NCBI GenBank assembly: GCA_049975265.1 | Contig: JBNGDF010000018.1 | Location: 1-48,293 of the forward strand | Origin: Fidelibacterota bacterium | GTDB lineage: Bacteria; Fidelibacterota; UBA2242 | Direction: 5' to 3' | Length of the DNA: 48,293 nt | Shown here: piece after piece, positions 38,116-48,172 of the stretch | Layout of the letters: each line of letters starts with the position of its first letter | Position numbering within the stretch: position 1 is the stretch's first letter | The notes under the pieces: model-generated | What the model saw: the letters and a program-made list of their open reading frames with translations, nothing else | The model's database searches: none | What the model was told of the DNA's origin: nothing | Translations under genes and position numbers: made by a program

Positions 38116-39324
38116 ATGAAATTCGATAAAATCGAAGATGCCGTCAATGACATAAAAAAGGGGAAATTTATCATCGTGGTAGACGATGAGAACCGTGAGA
38201 ACGAAGGTGATTTTGTCATGGCGGCAGAAAAAATCACTCCGGAGGCGGTGAATTTCATGGCAATTCATGCCCGCGGTCTCATGTGCGTCGGACTGACCGA
38301 AGCCCGTGCCAAAGAGTTACGCCTGGACCTTATGGTAAGTGACAATACCGCCATTCACAATACCCGTTTCACCGTCAGTGTGGATTATACCAAAGGCACG
38401 ACCACGGGCATCTCGGCACCCGACCGTGCCGCGACGATCAAAGCCCTGGCTGATCCCAAAACAGATCCCGGTGATCTGGCAAGACCGGGACATATTTTTC
38501 CCATCATTGCCCGTTCCGGCGGTGTTCTGCGGCGGACAGGGCATACCGAAGCCTCGGTGGATCTGGCAAGAATTGCCGGACTGAAGCCGGTCAGTGTCAT
38601 GTGCGAGATTATGGCTGAAAATGGCGAAATGGCGCGCGGTGAGACACTGACGCAGATCGCCCGGAAATTTGATCTCCGGCTGATTACCGTGGCAGACCTG
38701 ATCGAATATCGCCGCAAGCATGAACGTTATATTGAGCGCATCAGCAGAGCCACTCTGCCGACAAAATATGGCGATTTTGAGATTGTCGTCTATGTCGATC
38801 ATCTGACCGAAAAAGAGCATGTTGCCCTTGTAATGGGCGATGTTGCCTCCGGTGAGCCGGTGATGGTGCGGGTGCACTCCGAATGTCTGACCGGCGATGT
38901 TTTCGGGTCATTGCGCTGTGATTGCGGCGAGCAGCTGGATGCGGCGTTGAAAATGATTGCAAAGGAGAGACGTGGCGTTGTTCTGTACCTGCGTCAGGAG
39001 GGGCGGGGCATCGGGCTGAAACACAAAATCAGCGCCTACAATCTCCAGGATCAGGGCATGGATACCGTCGAAGCCAACGTCAAACTGGGATTTCTGCCCG
39101 ACCTGCGGGATTACGGTATGGGCGCTCAGATGCTGGCGGATTTAGGCATTAAGAAAATGAAACTGCTGACCAATAATCCGAAAAAAATTATTGGATTGCA
39201 GGGATACGGGCTGGAAATCGTTGACCGGATTCCGATTGAGATTCCGCCGAACCCCATTAATGAGAATTATTTGAAGACAAAACGAGACAAAATGGGTCAT
39301 TTGATCCTGAACAAAAATAAATAG
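38116..39324 (+). CDS. ribBA: Bifunctional DHBP synthase / GTP cyclohydrolase II
   Basis: Start re-called at ATG 38116 (GAAGGAGA RBS); [64 protein letters not shown]. Confidence 0.96.
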   Translation: MKFDKIEDAVNDIKKGKFIIVVDDENRENEGDFVMAAEKITPEAVNFMAIHARGLMCVGLTEARAKELRLDLMVSDNTAIHNTRFTVSVDYTKGTTTGISAPDRAATIKALADPKTDPGDLARPGHIFPIIARSGGVLRRTGHTEASVDLARIAGLKPVSVMCEIMAENGEMARGETLTQIARKFDLRLITVADLIEYRRKHERYIERISRATLPTKYGDFEIVVYVDHLTEKEHVALVMGDVASGEPVMVRVHSECLTGDVFGSLRCDCGEQLDAALKMIAKERRGVVLYLRQEGRGIGLKHKISAYNLQDQGMDTVEANVKLGFLPDLRDYGMGAQMLADLGIKKMKLLTNNPKKIIGLQGYGLEIVDRIPIEIPPNPINENYLKTKRDKMGHLILNKNK

Positions 39325-39332
39325 GTGCAGTT

Positions 39333-39803
39333 ATGGTAAAGATTATTGAAGGCGTTTTATCCGCCGAGAAGATGAGGGTGGCTATTGTGGTCAGCCGGTT
39401 CAACGACATGGTCACGAAAGAGCTGCTGGCGGGTGCCCTGGATTGTCTGAAGCGACACGGCGCCGCTGAGGATGATATCCATGTCTATTGGGTGCCCGGA
39501 GCGATGGAGATTCCGGCGGTGGCGAAAAATGTGGTCAATACGAAAAAGTACGACGGGGTGATCTGCCTGGGAGCGGTGATCCGTGGTGCGACGCCCCATT
39601 TTGATATCGTGGCAGCCGAATCCTCCAAAGGCGTAGCGCGTATTTCCATGGAATCGGAAATCCCGGTGATTTATGGAATACTAACCACCGATTCGATTGA
39701 GCAGGCGTTGGAGCGCGCCGGAACAAAAGCCGGAAACAAAGGCTGGGATGCGGCATTAAACGTGATTGAAATGACCAACCTGGTGCGCACGATTAAAAGG
39801 TAA
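39333..39803 (+). CDS. ribH: 6,7-dimethyl-8-ribityllumazine synthase
   Basis: [41 protein letters not shown]. Confidence 0.96.
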   Translation: MVKIIEGVLSAEKMRVAIVVSRFNDMVTKELLAGALDCLKRHGAAEDDIHVYWVPGAMEIPAVAKNVVNTKKYDGVICLGAVIRGATPHFDIVAAESSKGVARISMESEIPVIYGILTTDSIEQALERAGTKAGNKGWDAALNVIEMTNLVRTIKR

Positions 39804-39806
39804 ATA

Positions 39807-42212
39807 TTGAAATTAAAAACCTTTTTGATCATTCTGTCGGTTTTTTCGGGATTGGTATCCGGTCAGTCAAGGGTCGGTGAGTGGAATAGCTACACCTCGG
39901 TGCTGAACGTTCGCGATATTCTGGCTCTAGATCATTCCATCTATGCCGCCAGCAGCGGCGGATTGGTTTGCTATGATCAACATACCGATAATTTCAGGAT
40001 TTATTCCACCGGTGACGGTTTGACCAAGACGGATATATTGTGCCTGGAAGCGGACCCGCAAGGTCGTCTCTGGCTGGGCATGAGCAACCCCGATGGTGAA
40101 ATTAATATCTGGGATGTTCAAAAGGAAGCGGTGACGACGGTTTTCAACGCCTTTGATTTCGGAGACGAATTGACTTGTATTGCTGCCATTGTATTTACCG
40201 GGAATAAGGCATTTGCCGCTTATCAGTACAATGTGGATTGGGGAATTGCTTACTTCAAAATTCAGAACGATGAATACCGCTATCAGGACCGCTTTGAGGC
40301 GTTCCCCATCAATGTTTCCGGCATTAACTCGCTGACGGTGATTAATGACACTTTGTGGGTGGCGACGACCGGCGGGTTGCTTTATGCCGACCTTAATCAG
40401 CCGGATTTGAAAGCCGAATCTGCCTGGAGCGAAGTTGATTTACCGAAATCCGGAAATGTGTCCCGGGTGGTATCCTATCAGGAACAGGTTGTTTTTACTC
40501 TGGATCAGGCGCTGTATGCGCTGAATAGCCTGACCCCCGCACTTTTGGACAGCAGTATGAGCCGGAATATTGCCGACCTCATCGTGGATCAGCAGGGTGA
40601 ATTGTATGCGGTACTGTCTTCCGGGATTTATCATTTTGATAATGGTGCGTGGGGTAGGGTCGTTTCTGTGAGCGCCAGTTGTGCTTTTTTTGATAATGAC
40701 AACCGGCTGATCGGCGGTTCGCCAAGCCGCTGTATCTGGCAGGCAATCGACGGGACACCGGAATATCTAATTCCCAACACAATTCTGGATAATGTCTATA
40801 CGGCGTTGTGGGTTAATGAGGACGGTTCGCTGATGGCTGGAACCCAGAAAGGCTTTAGCCTGCTGACGGAGCAGGGCTGGTATAATATCAGTAGATCGAA
40901 TAGATATATCTCAATTCATGATGAAACCGAGCGAGATTGGAAACGGTTTGTCGCTGATACAATTGCCTACAGTCTGACCGGTCGGGTCTACAATCTTGAT
41001 CGTAATAAAAACGGTGATTATTTTGCACCCTTATACGGTTCCTATCTGAATCACTACGACAAGTATGGGAACTATATAGATTATTTGAAGGAAGGCGGAT
41101 TATTGAGGTTTAATCCGGATAATCTTGGTGAGTATATTCTATATGACACAACAGATAATAAATTAGAAGGTTCTGCTGGTAGAGGAGGGGAGGACTATTA
41201 CCTGGGCATTGGATATATCGCGCTCGATGCCGGGGAAAATCTGTGGATCGCCAACCAATATGCTCAGAATGATAATGTGATCGCAGTTTTAACCAATGAT
41301 GACCAATGGGTGCATTTTAGCATAGAGGAGTCCGGCGGCTATCTGAATTACCACACGACCTCCATAATCTTTGACGAAGACGGGCGGGTCTGGTTTGCCT
41401 CGGAGGTGCATACCGGCGAAACGCCTTCACCTGCCGCCGGCGGAATCATTGTCCTGGACCATCAGGGAACGTTGTTTGATAAATCCGATGATGAATGGAC
41501 CTGGATTACTACAAATCACGGACTTGCCAGTAACGCGGTCTATTCGATCGCTTTTGACCAAAACGAAGACCTCTGGATTATGACCTCCAACGGAATTCAG
41601 CGTGCCACGGTATCGGCGAATTTTCCAAACCGGATTTTCAGTTCGATTGACAATGAGGTCCTGACCAGTGTGCCCTTTGCCAAGGAGTGCCGGATCAAGG
41701 TTGACCGGCTGAACAATAAATGGATATCTACCGTCGGTTTTGGAGTGAAAGTATATACCTACGACGGTATCTGGCTGAACGATGTGGAAGGCTTTACCGC
41801 CGAAAATTCCGGGCTGCTGAGCAATACGGTGAACGATATCGCCTTTAATAACGCAGAAGGGCTGGTCTACTTTGCCACCAGCAAGGGTATATCGGTTTAC
41901 AAGTCCGCCTATGCGGTTTATGGGGAAAAATACAGAGAGCTGAAGATTTTTCCCATGCCCTATGAGATTCCTGCCACCCGACCGCTGGTGATTGATGGTC
42001 TGCTCCAGGAATCGGAGGTAAAAATCATTACGCTGGACGGTACTTTTGTCCGGCATCTGTCACATCTCGATGGTGATGTCGTCGGACAGCAGGCGTTCTG
42101 GGACGGAAAAGACCACCGCGGTCGCTATGTCAGCAGCGGCGTTTATCTCTGTATGGCATACACCAAAGAGGGCGATACAACCGTGGGCAAAATCGCCATC
42201 GTGCGGAAATAG
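39807..42212 (+). CDS. porZ: PorZ-like T9SS surface component (beta-propellers plus CTD)
   Basis: N-terminal VGEWNSYTS...IYAASSGGL; repeated GL.SN.V..IAFD..LWI.T blades; VDRLNNKWIST..GV, FTAENSGLLSN.V; C-terminal IDGL...VKIITLDG...WDGKD.RGRYVSSGVYL..VGKIAIVR. Confidence 0.72.
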   Translation: MKLKTFLIILSVFSGLVSGQSRVGEWNSYTSVLNVRDILALDHSIYAASSGGLVCYDQHTDNFRIYSTGDGLTKTDILCLEADPQGRLWLGMSNPDGEINIWDVQKEAVTTVFNAFDFGDELTCIAAIVFTGNKAFAAYQYNVDWGIAYFKIQNDEYRYQDRFEAFPINVSGINSLTVINDTLWVATTGGLLYADLNQPDLKAESAWSEVDLPKSGNVSRVVSYQEQVVFTLDQALYALNSLTPALLDSSMSRNIADLIVDQQGELYAVLSSGIYHFDNGAWGRVVSVSASCAFFDNDNRLIGGSPSRCIWQAIDGTPEYLIPNTILDNVYTALWVNEDGSLMAGTQKGFSLLTEQGWYNISRSNRYISIHDETERDWKRFVADTIAYSLTGRVYNLDRNKNGDYFAPLYGSYLNHYDKYGNYIDYLKEGGLLRFNPDNLGEYILYDTTDNKLEGSAGRGGEDYYLGIGYIALDAGENLWIANQYAQNDNVIAVLTNDDQWVHFSIEESGGYLNYHTTSIIFDEDGRVWFASEVHTGETPSPAAGGIIVLDHQGTLFDKSDDEWTWITTNHGLASNAVYSIAFDQNEDLWIMTSNGIQRATVSANFPNRIFSSIDNEVLTSVPFAKECRIKVDRLNNKWISTVGFGVKVYTYDGIWLNDVEGFTAENSGLLSNTVNDIAFNNAEGLVYFATSKGISVYKSAYAVYGEKYRELKIFPMPYEIPATRPLVIDGLLQESEVKIITLDGTFVRHLSHLDGDVVGQQAFWDGKDHRGRYVSSGVYLCMAYTKEGDTTVGKIAIVRK

Positions 42213-42258
42213 TATCAACTAACCGAACTAATAATTCATCAACAAATCAGAGTATTAT

Positions 42259-45200
42259 ATGAAGATCCGGACACTATTTTTTATGTTGATAATCCTTTTA
42301 TCGGTGAAAAACAATGGATTTTCCGCCGATCTGATAGAAGAGCGGGGATATCTTCGAAATATTCAGGTAATCGGTGAAAGATTCATATATACCGACAATT
42401 ATTATTCGGCGATTTACAGTTATGAAAACGGACAGATTCGTACCCTTACCGACACGCACGGCTCCGGATTGTACTATTCTATCGCTCCGGATAAAAAAAC
42501 CGTCGGCTATAAAGCCATTAATGCTTTCGGTCGCCAGCGTCCGGCATTACTGAATATTGAAACTGGCGGAATCCGGTATTTATACGAAGCGACTGACCAT
42601 GCCGGACAGCCGAGTTTTACGGATAATGGTAGTATCGCCTTTACAGTGGCAAATCGTCTGATTATTTCTGATGGACGTGAATATGATCTCGGTGTCTATT
42701 CCAATATCGCACCGATATCTCCCGATGGTCGTTATGTCTGTTATAACGATGATGGTGATAATCTCCGGCTGTTGAATTTGGATAATCTGGAAAAATCGGT
42801 CATATCCGGTTCGGAAGGCGGCTATTACTATCCGCAATGGTCTGCCGATTCCCGTAATATTCTCTATCTCGGATTTAACGGAAAAATCTGGATTTATGAT
42901 CTGGAAACCGGAACGAACCGAAATATCGCCACGGGACATGAACCCAGGTGGTCTCCCGATGGTCGGCAGGTGGTTTTCTATCAAAAGGAGATCGAAAACT
43001 TCGAGCTGATCAACAGCGATCTTTATATCATTGATCGGGATGGAAGCAATTTGCGCCGGCTGACTGACAGCGGGGATCGGTTCGAAATGGACCCCGCTTT
43101 CTCTGCCGATGGCACCCAGATTGTTTATCATACATATGGTCAGAATGAGATTCACCTGGGCAGCCTGAACCAAACAAAATCATCGATATCAGCGGAAAAG
43201 ATACTGAAAATCACAATTGCGGATCGTGAAGAATTGACGGATAAATATCCGTCAGTTTATCACATCAAAGGTGAATCAGAAGGTCTGCCGGTACCATATC
43301 TGCATCAGGTCTACGACGTACCGGATTGGTTCTGGGGCTATTACGCCTGTGCACCCACGACTGCCGCCATGCTTCTGGCGTATCACAACATTCTTCCCAA
43401 ATGGCGTGTAATATGTGCCAGTCCCTATCGTCACACCAGTTTGTGGGGGCGTTATATCTGTGAACGGTATTTTTATCGGGAGCGGGATTATAACTACTCT
43501 TCATCACCCGCCGGGCATACCGCCGGAAAAGGGGGCTACGGGTATATGTGGGGAACCGGTGGCAGCCCGAATTCAAGGATGGCAGATTACTATGAGAAAC
43601 ATGGAATGAATACCGATCAGGACTGGGAACAGACCAGCTGGCTCAAAGCCGTCAACAACATCAATTCCGGAAATCCCTACACCATGTGTGTCTGGCTGAC
43701 CAGTTCCGGGCATCTGGTTTTAGCAAAAGGGATCGTAGATGGGAAAAAAACGCTGATCTTTAATGATCCCTACGGCAATAAGAATACACCCGGCTATCCC
43801 TCCTATGACGGTGAAGGTGCCCGCTATGACTGGCCCGGATATAATGAAGGCAATGTCAATCTTGCTTCCGCCGGCTCCGGTATTCCCTGGATAATCGCAA
43901 CGACATATGCTTCGATAACAAGAGCAGATACGCTGGTGGATGACAAACAGCTGGAAAAGGGTTTTTATCTGCATACTGCTTATCCGGCTTCGATGATAAA
44001 ATGGAAAGACAAAATCGGAGGCTATCATAATCACTACTGGTATTGCAACAGCCGACAAAGCACCGATACCGATACCTGTTATGCCACCTGGACTCCGGAT
44101 TTACCGGAGTTGGGTTGGTATGACGTATATGCCTATATTCCCGGACATTCCGAGGCAACCACGGGGGCAGTCTATCATATTCAGCATTCCGACACCGTAT
44201 CACTGGTTCCAATCGACCAAAGTCTGTACAGCGACGAATGGGTACGCCTCGGTCACTATATTTTTCACTCCGGACCTGAAGCAAATATCCGTCTGGGCGA
44301 TGGCTGCGCAGAAACAGGAAAAGTGGTACTATTTGATGCTGTGAAATGGGTTCCGGAACGGTCGCTTGAGATTGATTTTACCGCCAATAATACCACCGGA
44401 CCCGCACCGCTGACAGTTCGATTTACCAATCTGTCGGAATACCTGCCGGATAACTGTCAACTGCGGTGGGATTTCGGCGACGGGAATTTCAGTGATGTAT
44501 GCGATCCTATCCATATCTATCGGGAAGCGGGAGATTACGATGTGCAATTGACAGTCATCTATTCGGATACGGTTCAATCCGTACAGAAATCTGCCTATAT
44601 TCATGTTGATCCGCCGTTTCCGGGTGATTTCAGTCTGATCGTCCCGGAAGCAAACAGTATTTTGCGCACGGCAACGCCGCTGTTTTTCTGGGTACCGGAG
44701 TCTATCAGTAAAAATCAGCGGAATATTCTGACCGATGATTTGAAGAATGGCGTTTTACCATCGAGTCCGGTCTCTAATGTGGATCGCGATTATCAGCTGT
44801 TCCTCGAAACTAATTCCGATTTTCGTGAAACTGCGCCGATCAATGTTGATACAAATTTCTATCGACCGGAGTATTCTTTAGAGGAAAACCGTGAATATTT
44901 CTGGCAGGTGCAATATGTCACCGGCGCAGGTGACACCCTCTGCTCGGCAATTTGGTCATTTGGAGTGGATGTTCAAAACAGTGCGCCACAAAAGTTTGCC
45001 GTAGAATATCCGGTTGAGGATGATGTTTTGGTAAATTTAGCACCGGAGTTTAGTTGGAACGCCTCGGAAGATCCGGATTTTCAGGACTCTCTCTTTTACC
45101 GGATGAAAATCGGAACCGGTCAGCATCAATTGCACAGCGTTTACGAAGGTCACCGGACGAAAATTGTCTTGAATGATTCTTTATGGGATAATCAGGTATA

Positions 45201-45891
45201 TTACTGGCAGGTTGAAGCGGTGGACCGGGCTGGCGCTGTTACGATTGCCAATGGACATCCGATCGTTTTTTATACAAATGTCGAAAATGAAGCGCCGGCG
45301 CCACCAATTTTGAAAAGCCCGAAAAACTGTGACTATGTATTCACGCAGTATCCTGTTTTTGAATGGCTGCCGGCAACCGACCCCGATCCCAATGATGAGA
45401 TCAGTTATTATTTACGCTACTGGCCGGTAGAGTCAACTGTTCGCTATGTTTATCCCACTGATACAACGTATTGTGACATTCGCCGGTTAAAGTATAATTA
45501 CGAATATTACTGGTGTGTGGAAGCCGAGGATCGCGACGGATTGACGGCGATTTCCGATACGTTTTTACTGAACACAAGTTCAAGTGCCATCGATGAGGAA
45601 ACCAATTTGCCGGAGGAATTTGCCCTGGATCAAAACGTTCCGAATCCTTTTAACCCGCTGACGACAATTGCCTATGATCTGCCGGTGGAAAGCAGAGTCA
45701 CCCTGGTAATCTATGACATTATGGGGCAGGAAGTGGTACGTTTAGTCGATACCCAAGCCCCGGCAGGCTTCTATCAAGCCGTCTGGGACGGCAGAAATAA
45801 ACGTGGGCAGCTGGTCTCCAGCGGGGTGTATATCTATAGGATTATCGCCGGTGATTTTACCAAGACCAATAAGATGATCTTTATGCGGTAG
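42259..45891 (+). CDS. Secreted multidomain protein: TolB-like propeller, C39-like cysteine peptidase, golvesin-like domain, PKD, Fn3-like repeats, FlgD-Ig CTD
   Basis: PD40-type P.WSPDG repeats; VPYLHQ..ACAPTTAAM..GHLVL..FNDPYG; ATWTPDLPELGWYDVYAYIP...FDAVKW; GPAPLTVRF..WDFGDG; FALDQNVPNPFNP...WDGRNKRGQLVSSGVYIY..KMIFMR. Confidence 0.8.
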   Translation: MKIRTLFFMLIILLSVKNNGFSADLIEERGYLRNIQVIGERFIYTDNYYSAIYSYENGQIRTLTDTHGSGLYYSIAPDKKTVGYKAINAFGRQRPALLNIETGGIRYLYEATDHAGQPSFTDNGSIAFTVANRLIISDGREYDLGVYSNIAPISPDGRYVCYNDDGDNLRLLNLDNLEKSVISGSEGGYYYPQWSADSRNILYLGFNGKIWIYDLETGTNRNIATGHEPRWSPDGRQVVFYQKEIENFELINSDLYIIDRDGSNLRRLTDSGDRFEMDPAFSADGTQIVYHTYGQNEIHLGSLNQTKSSISAEKILKITIADREELTDKYPSVYHIKGESEGLPVPYLHQVYDVPDWFWGYYACAPTTAAMLLAYHNILPKWRVICASPYRHTSLWGRYICERYFYRERDYNYSSSPAGHTAGKGGYGYMWGTGGSPNSRMADYYEKHGMNTDQDWEQTSWLKAVNNINSGNPYTMCVWLTSSGHLVLAKGIVDGKKTLIFNDPYGNKNTPGYPSYDGEGARYDWPGYNEGNVNLASAGSGIPWIIATTYASITRADTLVDDKQLEKGFYLHTAYPASMIKWKDKIGGYHNHYWYCNSRQSTDTDTCYATWTPDLPELGWYDVYAYIPGHSEATTGAVYHIQHSDTVSLVPIDQSLYSDEWVRLGHYIFHSGPEANIRLGDGCAETGKVVLFDAVKWVPERSLEIDFTANNTTGPAPLTVRFTNLSEYLPDNCQLRWDFGDGNFSDVCDPIHIYREAGDYDVQLTVIYSDTVQSVQKSAYIHVDPPFPGDFSLIVPEANSILRTATPLFFWVPESISKNQRNILTDDLKNGVLPSSPVSNVDRDYQLFLETNSDFRETAPINVDTNFYRPEYSLEENREYFWQVQYVTGAGDTLCSAIWSFGVDVQNSAPQKFAVEYPVEDDVLVNLAPEFSWNASEDPDFQDSLFYRMKIGTGQHQLHSVYEGHRTKIVLNDSLWDNQVYYWQVEAVDRAGAVTIANGHPIVFYTNVENEAPAPPILKSPKNCDYVFTQYPVFEWLPATDPDPNDEISYYLRYWPVESTVRYVYPTDTTYCDIRRLKYNYEYYWCVEAEDRDGLTAISDTFLLNTSSSAIDEETNLPEEFALDQNVPNPFNPLTTIAYDLPVESRVTLVIYDIMGQEVVRLVDTQAPAGFYQAVWDGRNKRGQLVSSGVYIYRIIAGDFTKTNKMIFMR

Positions 45892-46013
45892 AAATTAATA
45901 AATAATCGTATTATGGGAAATCGGGTGACTGACTTTACTATATTTTTGGCAATGGTTAAGATTTTCCTTGCATCCTCGTTTTTTTTTTAAATTTAAACAC
46001 AAACTGCATCTTT

Positions 46014-46076
46014 GACGTGGGGCAATAACGAAGCGGCTGAAAGCCGCCCGGCGAGGTCGCTTCAGAGTTCTTTGAA
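46014..46076 (+). other. Candidate structured cis-regulatory leader element (unassigned)
   Basis: GACGTGGGGCAATAACGAAGCGGCTGAAAGCCGCCCGGCGAGGTCGCTTCAGAGTTCTTTGAA: GC-rich element after an AT-rich promoter-like tract, with alternative pairings (see findings). Confidence 0.4.
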
Positions 46077-46390
46077 ATGAATTCCCGACAGTCTCATTGA
46101 TCCTAAGGATTCTATGGAAGACGCCGGAATTCGTACAGATACACCGCTTGCCCCGGATACTACTTGTCTACAGAAATATTCGGCTCTTCGGTTCACCGGT
46201 GATTATTGGTTTTTTCCGGGAATGATATCAATCCATCCGGCTGGGATAACCGGTCGGATGAAATTAATGAAAGGAGAGTGTGAAATGAAGTCAGGTCCAA
46301 AAAGAGAACCCTGCAGATGAGTGGCGATTCGATCTGCGGATGAAATCTATTTTATTTAATCGTTTGTGAGCAAGAAGAGGAGTAAATGTT

Positions 46391-47320
46391 ATGAAAAAAT
46401 ATATCTTGATTTTTCTTTCATTTTTTTGGTTGTTAATTGGACAAGAAAAACCATCGAATTTACAGATTGCAAAAAAACTTGAAATAAAGACAAAATTTGA
46501 AAGAGTAACAAAGACACATGAATTTCCCAAGCCGTATAGAGAATTAGATTCATTACTTCAAATAATATATGATCAGTATTGTAATTATCCTGGAATGACA
46601 AAAAGAGATCAAAATAGTAATTATGTTAGATGGGAGCATACAGACATATCCTATGATTTATTAAAAGATTTCGCAAGTGTTTTATTAAAAATTCAATTTT
46701 ATCCATGGGAATTATACCATAATTATGTAACAATAGCAAATGAACCAATTAAGGATCAGCAGAGGAGGTTTAACGAATTAATTAAAAAAGGTGGTTACTG
46801 GAGTGAATTAATCCTTCCGTTACCTGGATGGATAATACATCATTACATTCTAAATACCCAAATAAAAAATCGTTTCCCCAGAGATTTCAACCTTATTATT
46901 AACAATCGTTATATCCTTATAGTAGAACCTTATTTATATGAAAGAGATTGGGTAAATCCGGACATAAAAATTCAGAAAATAAATTATTATGGTTGTAAAG
47001 TTATTAGTGATATAAAAGGCAATTATATGGGGGATGAGAAAATTGAGGTTTGTGTTGGAGACAATTTAATGGGATATTCGACTTTGGATATCGGGAGTAG
47101 ATATATGGTTCTGCTGAGACATAAATCACAATATATTCACTTCAATGATCTTAATCAATCGTATATTTTAAATCCTAGTGATACAGATAGATTTGGAATT
47201 TTTAAGATTGAGGGTAACTATATAAATAATTTAGAAATTGTCCTCCAATCAAATTCAAAAATAGAGATAGAATACTTTAAACAAGTTGTGGAAAGAATTA
47301 TAAACGATACTATGGAGTAG
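46391..47320 (+). CDS. Hypothetical secreted protein, AT-rich
   Basis: GAGGAG RBS; MKKYILIFLSFFWLLIG signal-like N-terminus; 309-aa ORF; no family recognised. Confidence 0.75.
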   Translation: MKKYILIFLSFFWLLIGQEKPSNLQIAKKLEIKTKFERVTKTHEFPKPYRELDSLLQIIYDQYCNYPGMTKRDQNSNYVRWEHTDISYDLLKDFASVLLKIQFYPWELYHNYVTIANEPIKDQQRRFNELIKKGGYWSELILPLPGWIIHHYILNTQIKNRFPRDFNLIINNRYILIVEPYLYERDWVNPDIKIQKINYYGCKVISDIKGNYMGDEKIEVCVGDNLMGYSTLDIGSRYMVLLRHKSQYIHFNDLNQSYILNPSDTDRFGIFKIEGNYINNLEIVLQSNSKIEIEYFKQVVERIINDTME

Positions 47321-47323
47321 AGC

Positions 47324-48172
47324 ATGAAAAATATCAAAACAATATTTTGTTCTATATTACTACTAATAACAATTACAATGTGTGTTGCTCAAAATGGAAC
47401 GTATTACTATTATGAATATGATGATAATGCCGAAGGAGATAAATCAAGAATTGGGGCAACAAATGATGAAATAAAAGAATGGACTGTCGAAGTTTTATAT
47501 TGGAATTGTCTATTAAATAGTAATCCGATATCAATACCTATTAATATTCTTACAGCATACTTACCTTCAACATTAACTTCTAATGACTATCAAGGAGCAA
47601 TAGATGCTGTGATTGATGATTGGAATTCAATATTTTTAGATGATGAAAACGATTGTAAGTTATTTGATCAAAATGCTAATGGTGTGAAAGTGCCAGTGTT
47701 CTTTACAGATAATGAAAATTATTTTGCGAATTTTGATGATCCAGAATATATTGCTGGTGTTACGGTCATGGGAATAAATGCCGATAATGATTCATATGAG
47801 GTATCTGGAACTGGAATATATTTTAATGATATTATTGAATTTGATTATCTATTCACTTGGAGTTGGTCATCTACTCCGCAACCAGAAGGACTTGATTGGG
47901 CGGGGATTGATATACAAACAGTCGCACTACATGAATTTGGACATCTTGGTGGTCTTGCACATTGTGAATCGGAGGTTGAATATGAATCTATTGTGATGTA
48001 TGACACTTCTAGAACATCACAAACAAATCCAAGTAGTAAAAGAAATCTCACATCATATGATTCAAAAGCTATCCGAATATTATATGGCAAAATTGTCGTA
48101 TCTCCTGTAATTGATGAATATAATCAAATAATTGGAATCAAGAGAAGAGGTTGTTATGAAGAAAACAATTAA
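47324..48172 (+). CDS. Secreted metzincin (matrixin/M10-like) zinc metallopeptidase
   Basis: DIQTVALHEFGHLGGLAH (HExxHxxGxxH), Met-turn IVMY, LTSYDSKAIRILYG; signal peptide. Confidence 0.85.
   Translation: MKNIKTIFCSILLLITITMCVAQNGTYYYYEYDDNAEGDKSRIGATNDEIKEWTVEVLYWNCLLNSNPISIPINILTAYLPSTLTSNDYQGAIDAVIDDWNSIFLDDENDCKLFDQNANGVKVPVFFTDNENYFANFDDPEYIAGVTVMGINADNDSYEVSGTGIYFNDIIEFDYLFTWSWSSTPQPEGLDWAGIDIQTVALHEFGHLGGLAHCESEVEYESIVMYDTSRTSQTNPSSKRNLTSYDSKAIRILYGKIVVSPVIDEYNQIIGIKRRGCYEENN

Noticed and set aside
1707..45583. The many other short antisense or out-of-frame ORFs in the track, e.g. 6445-7239, 13245-13874, 41427-42056
   Set aside because: All are nested in well-supported + strand genes and have no independent motifs.
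46014..46076. c-di-GMP-I (GEMM) riboswitch call
   Set aside because: GGGCAA and a GAAA-containing hairpin are present, but the GACGCAAA junction and second stem are missing; kept as an unassigned element.
46114..46320. 68-aa ORF in the leader region
   Set aside because: No RBS at 46114 and no recognisable protein; only the last 11 codons follow a strong RBS.
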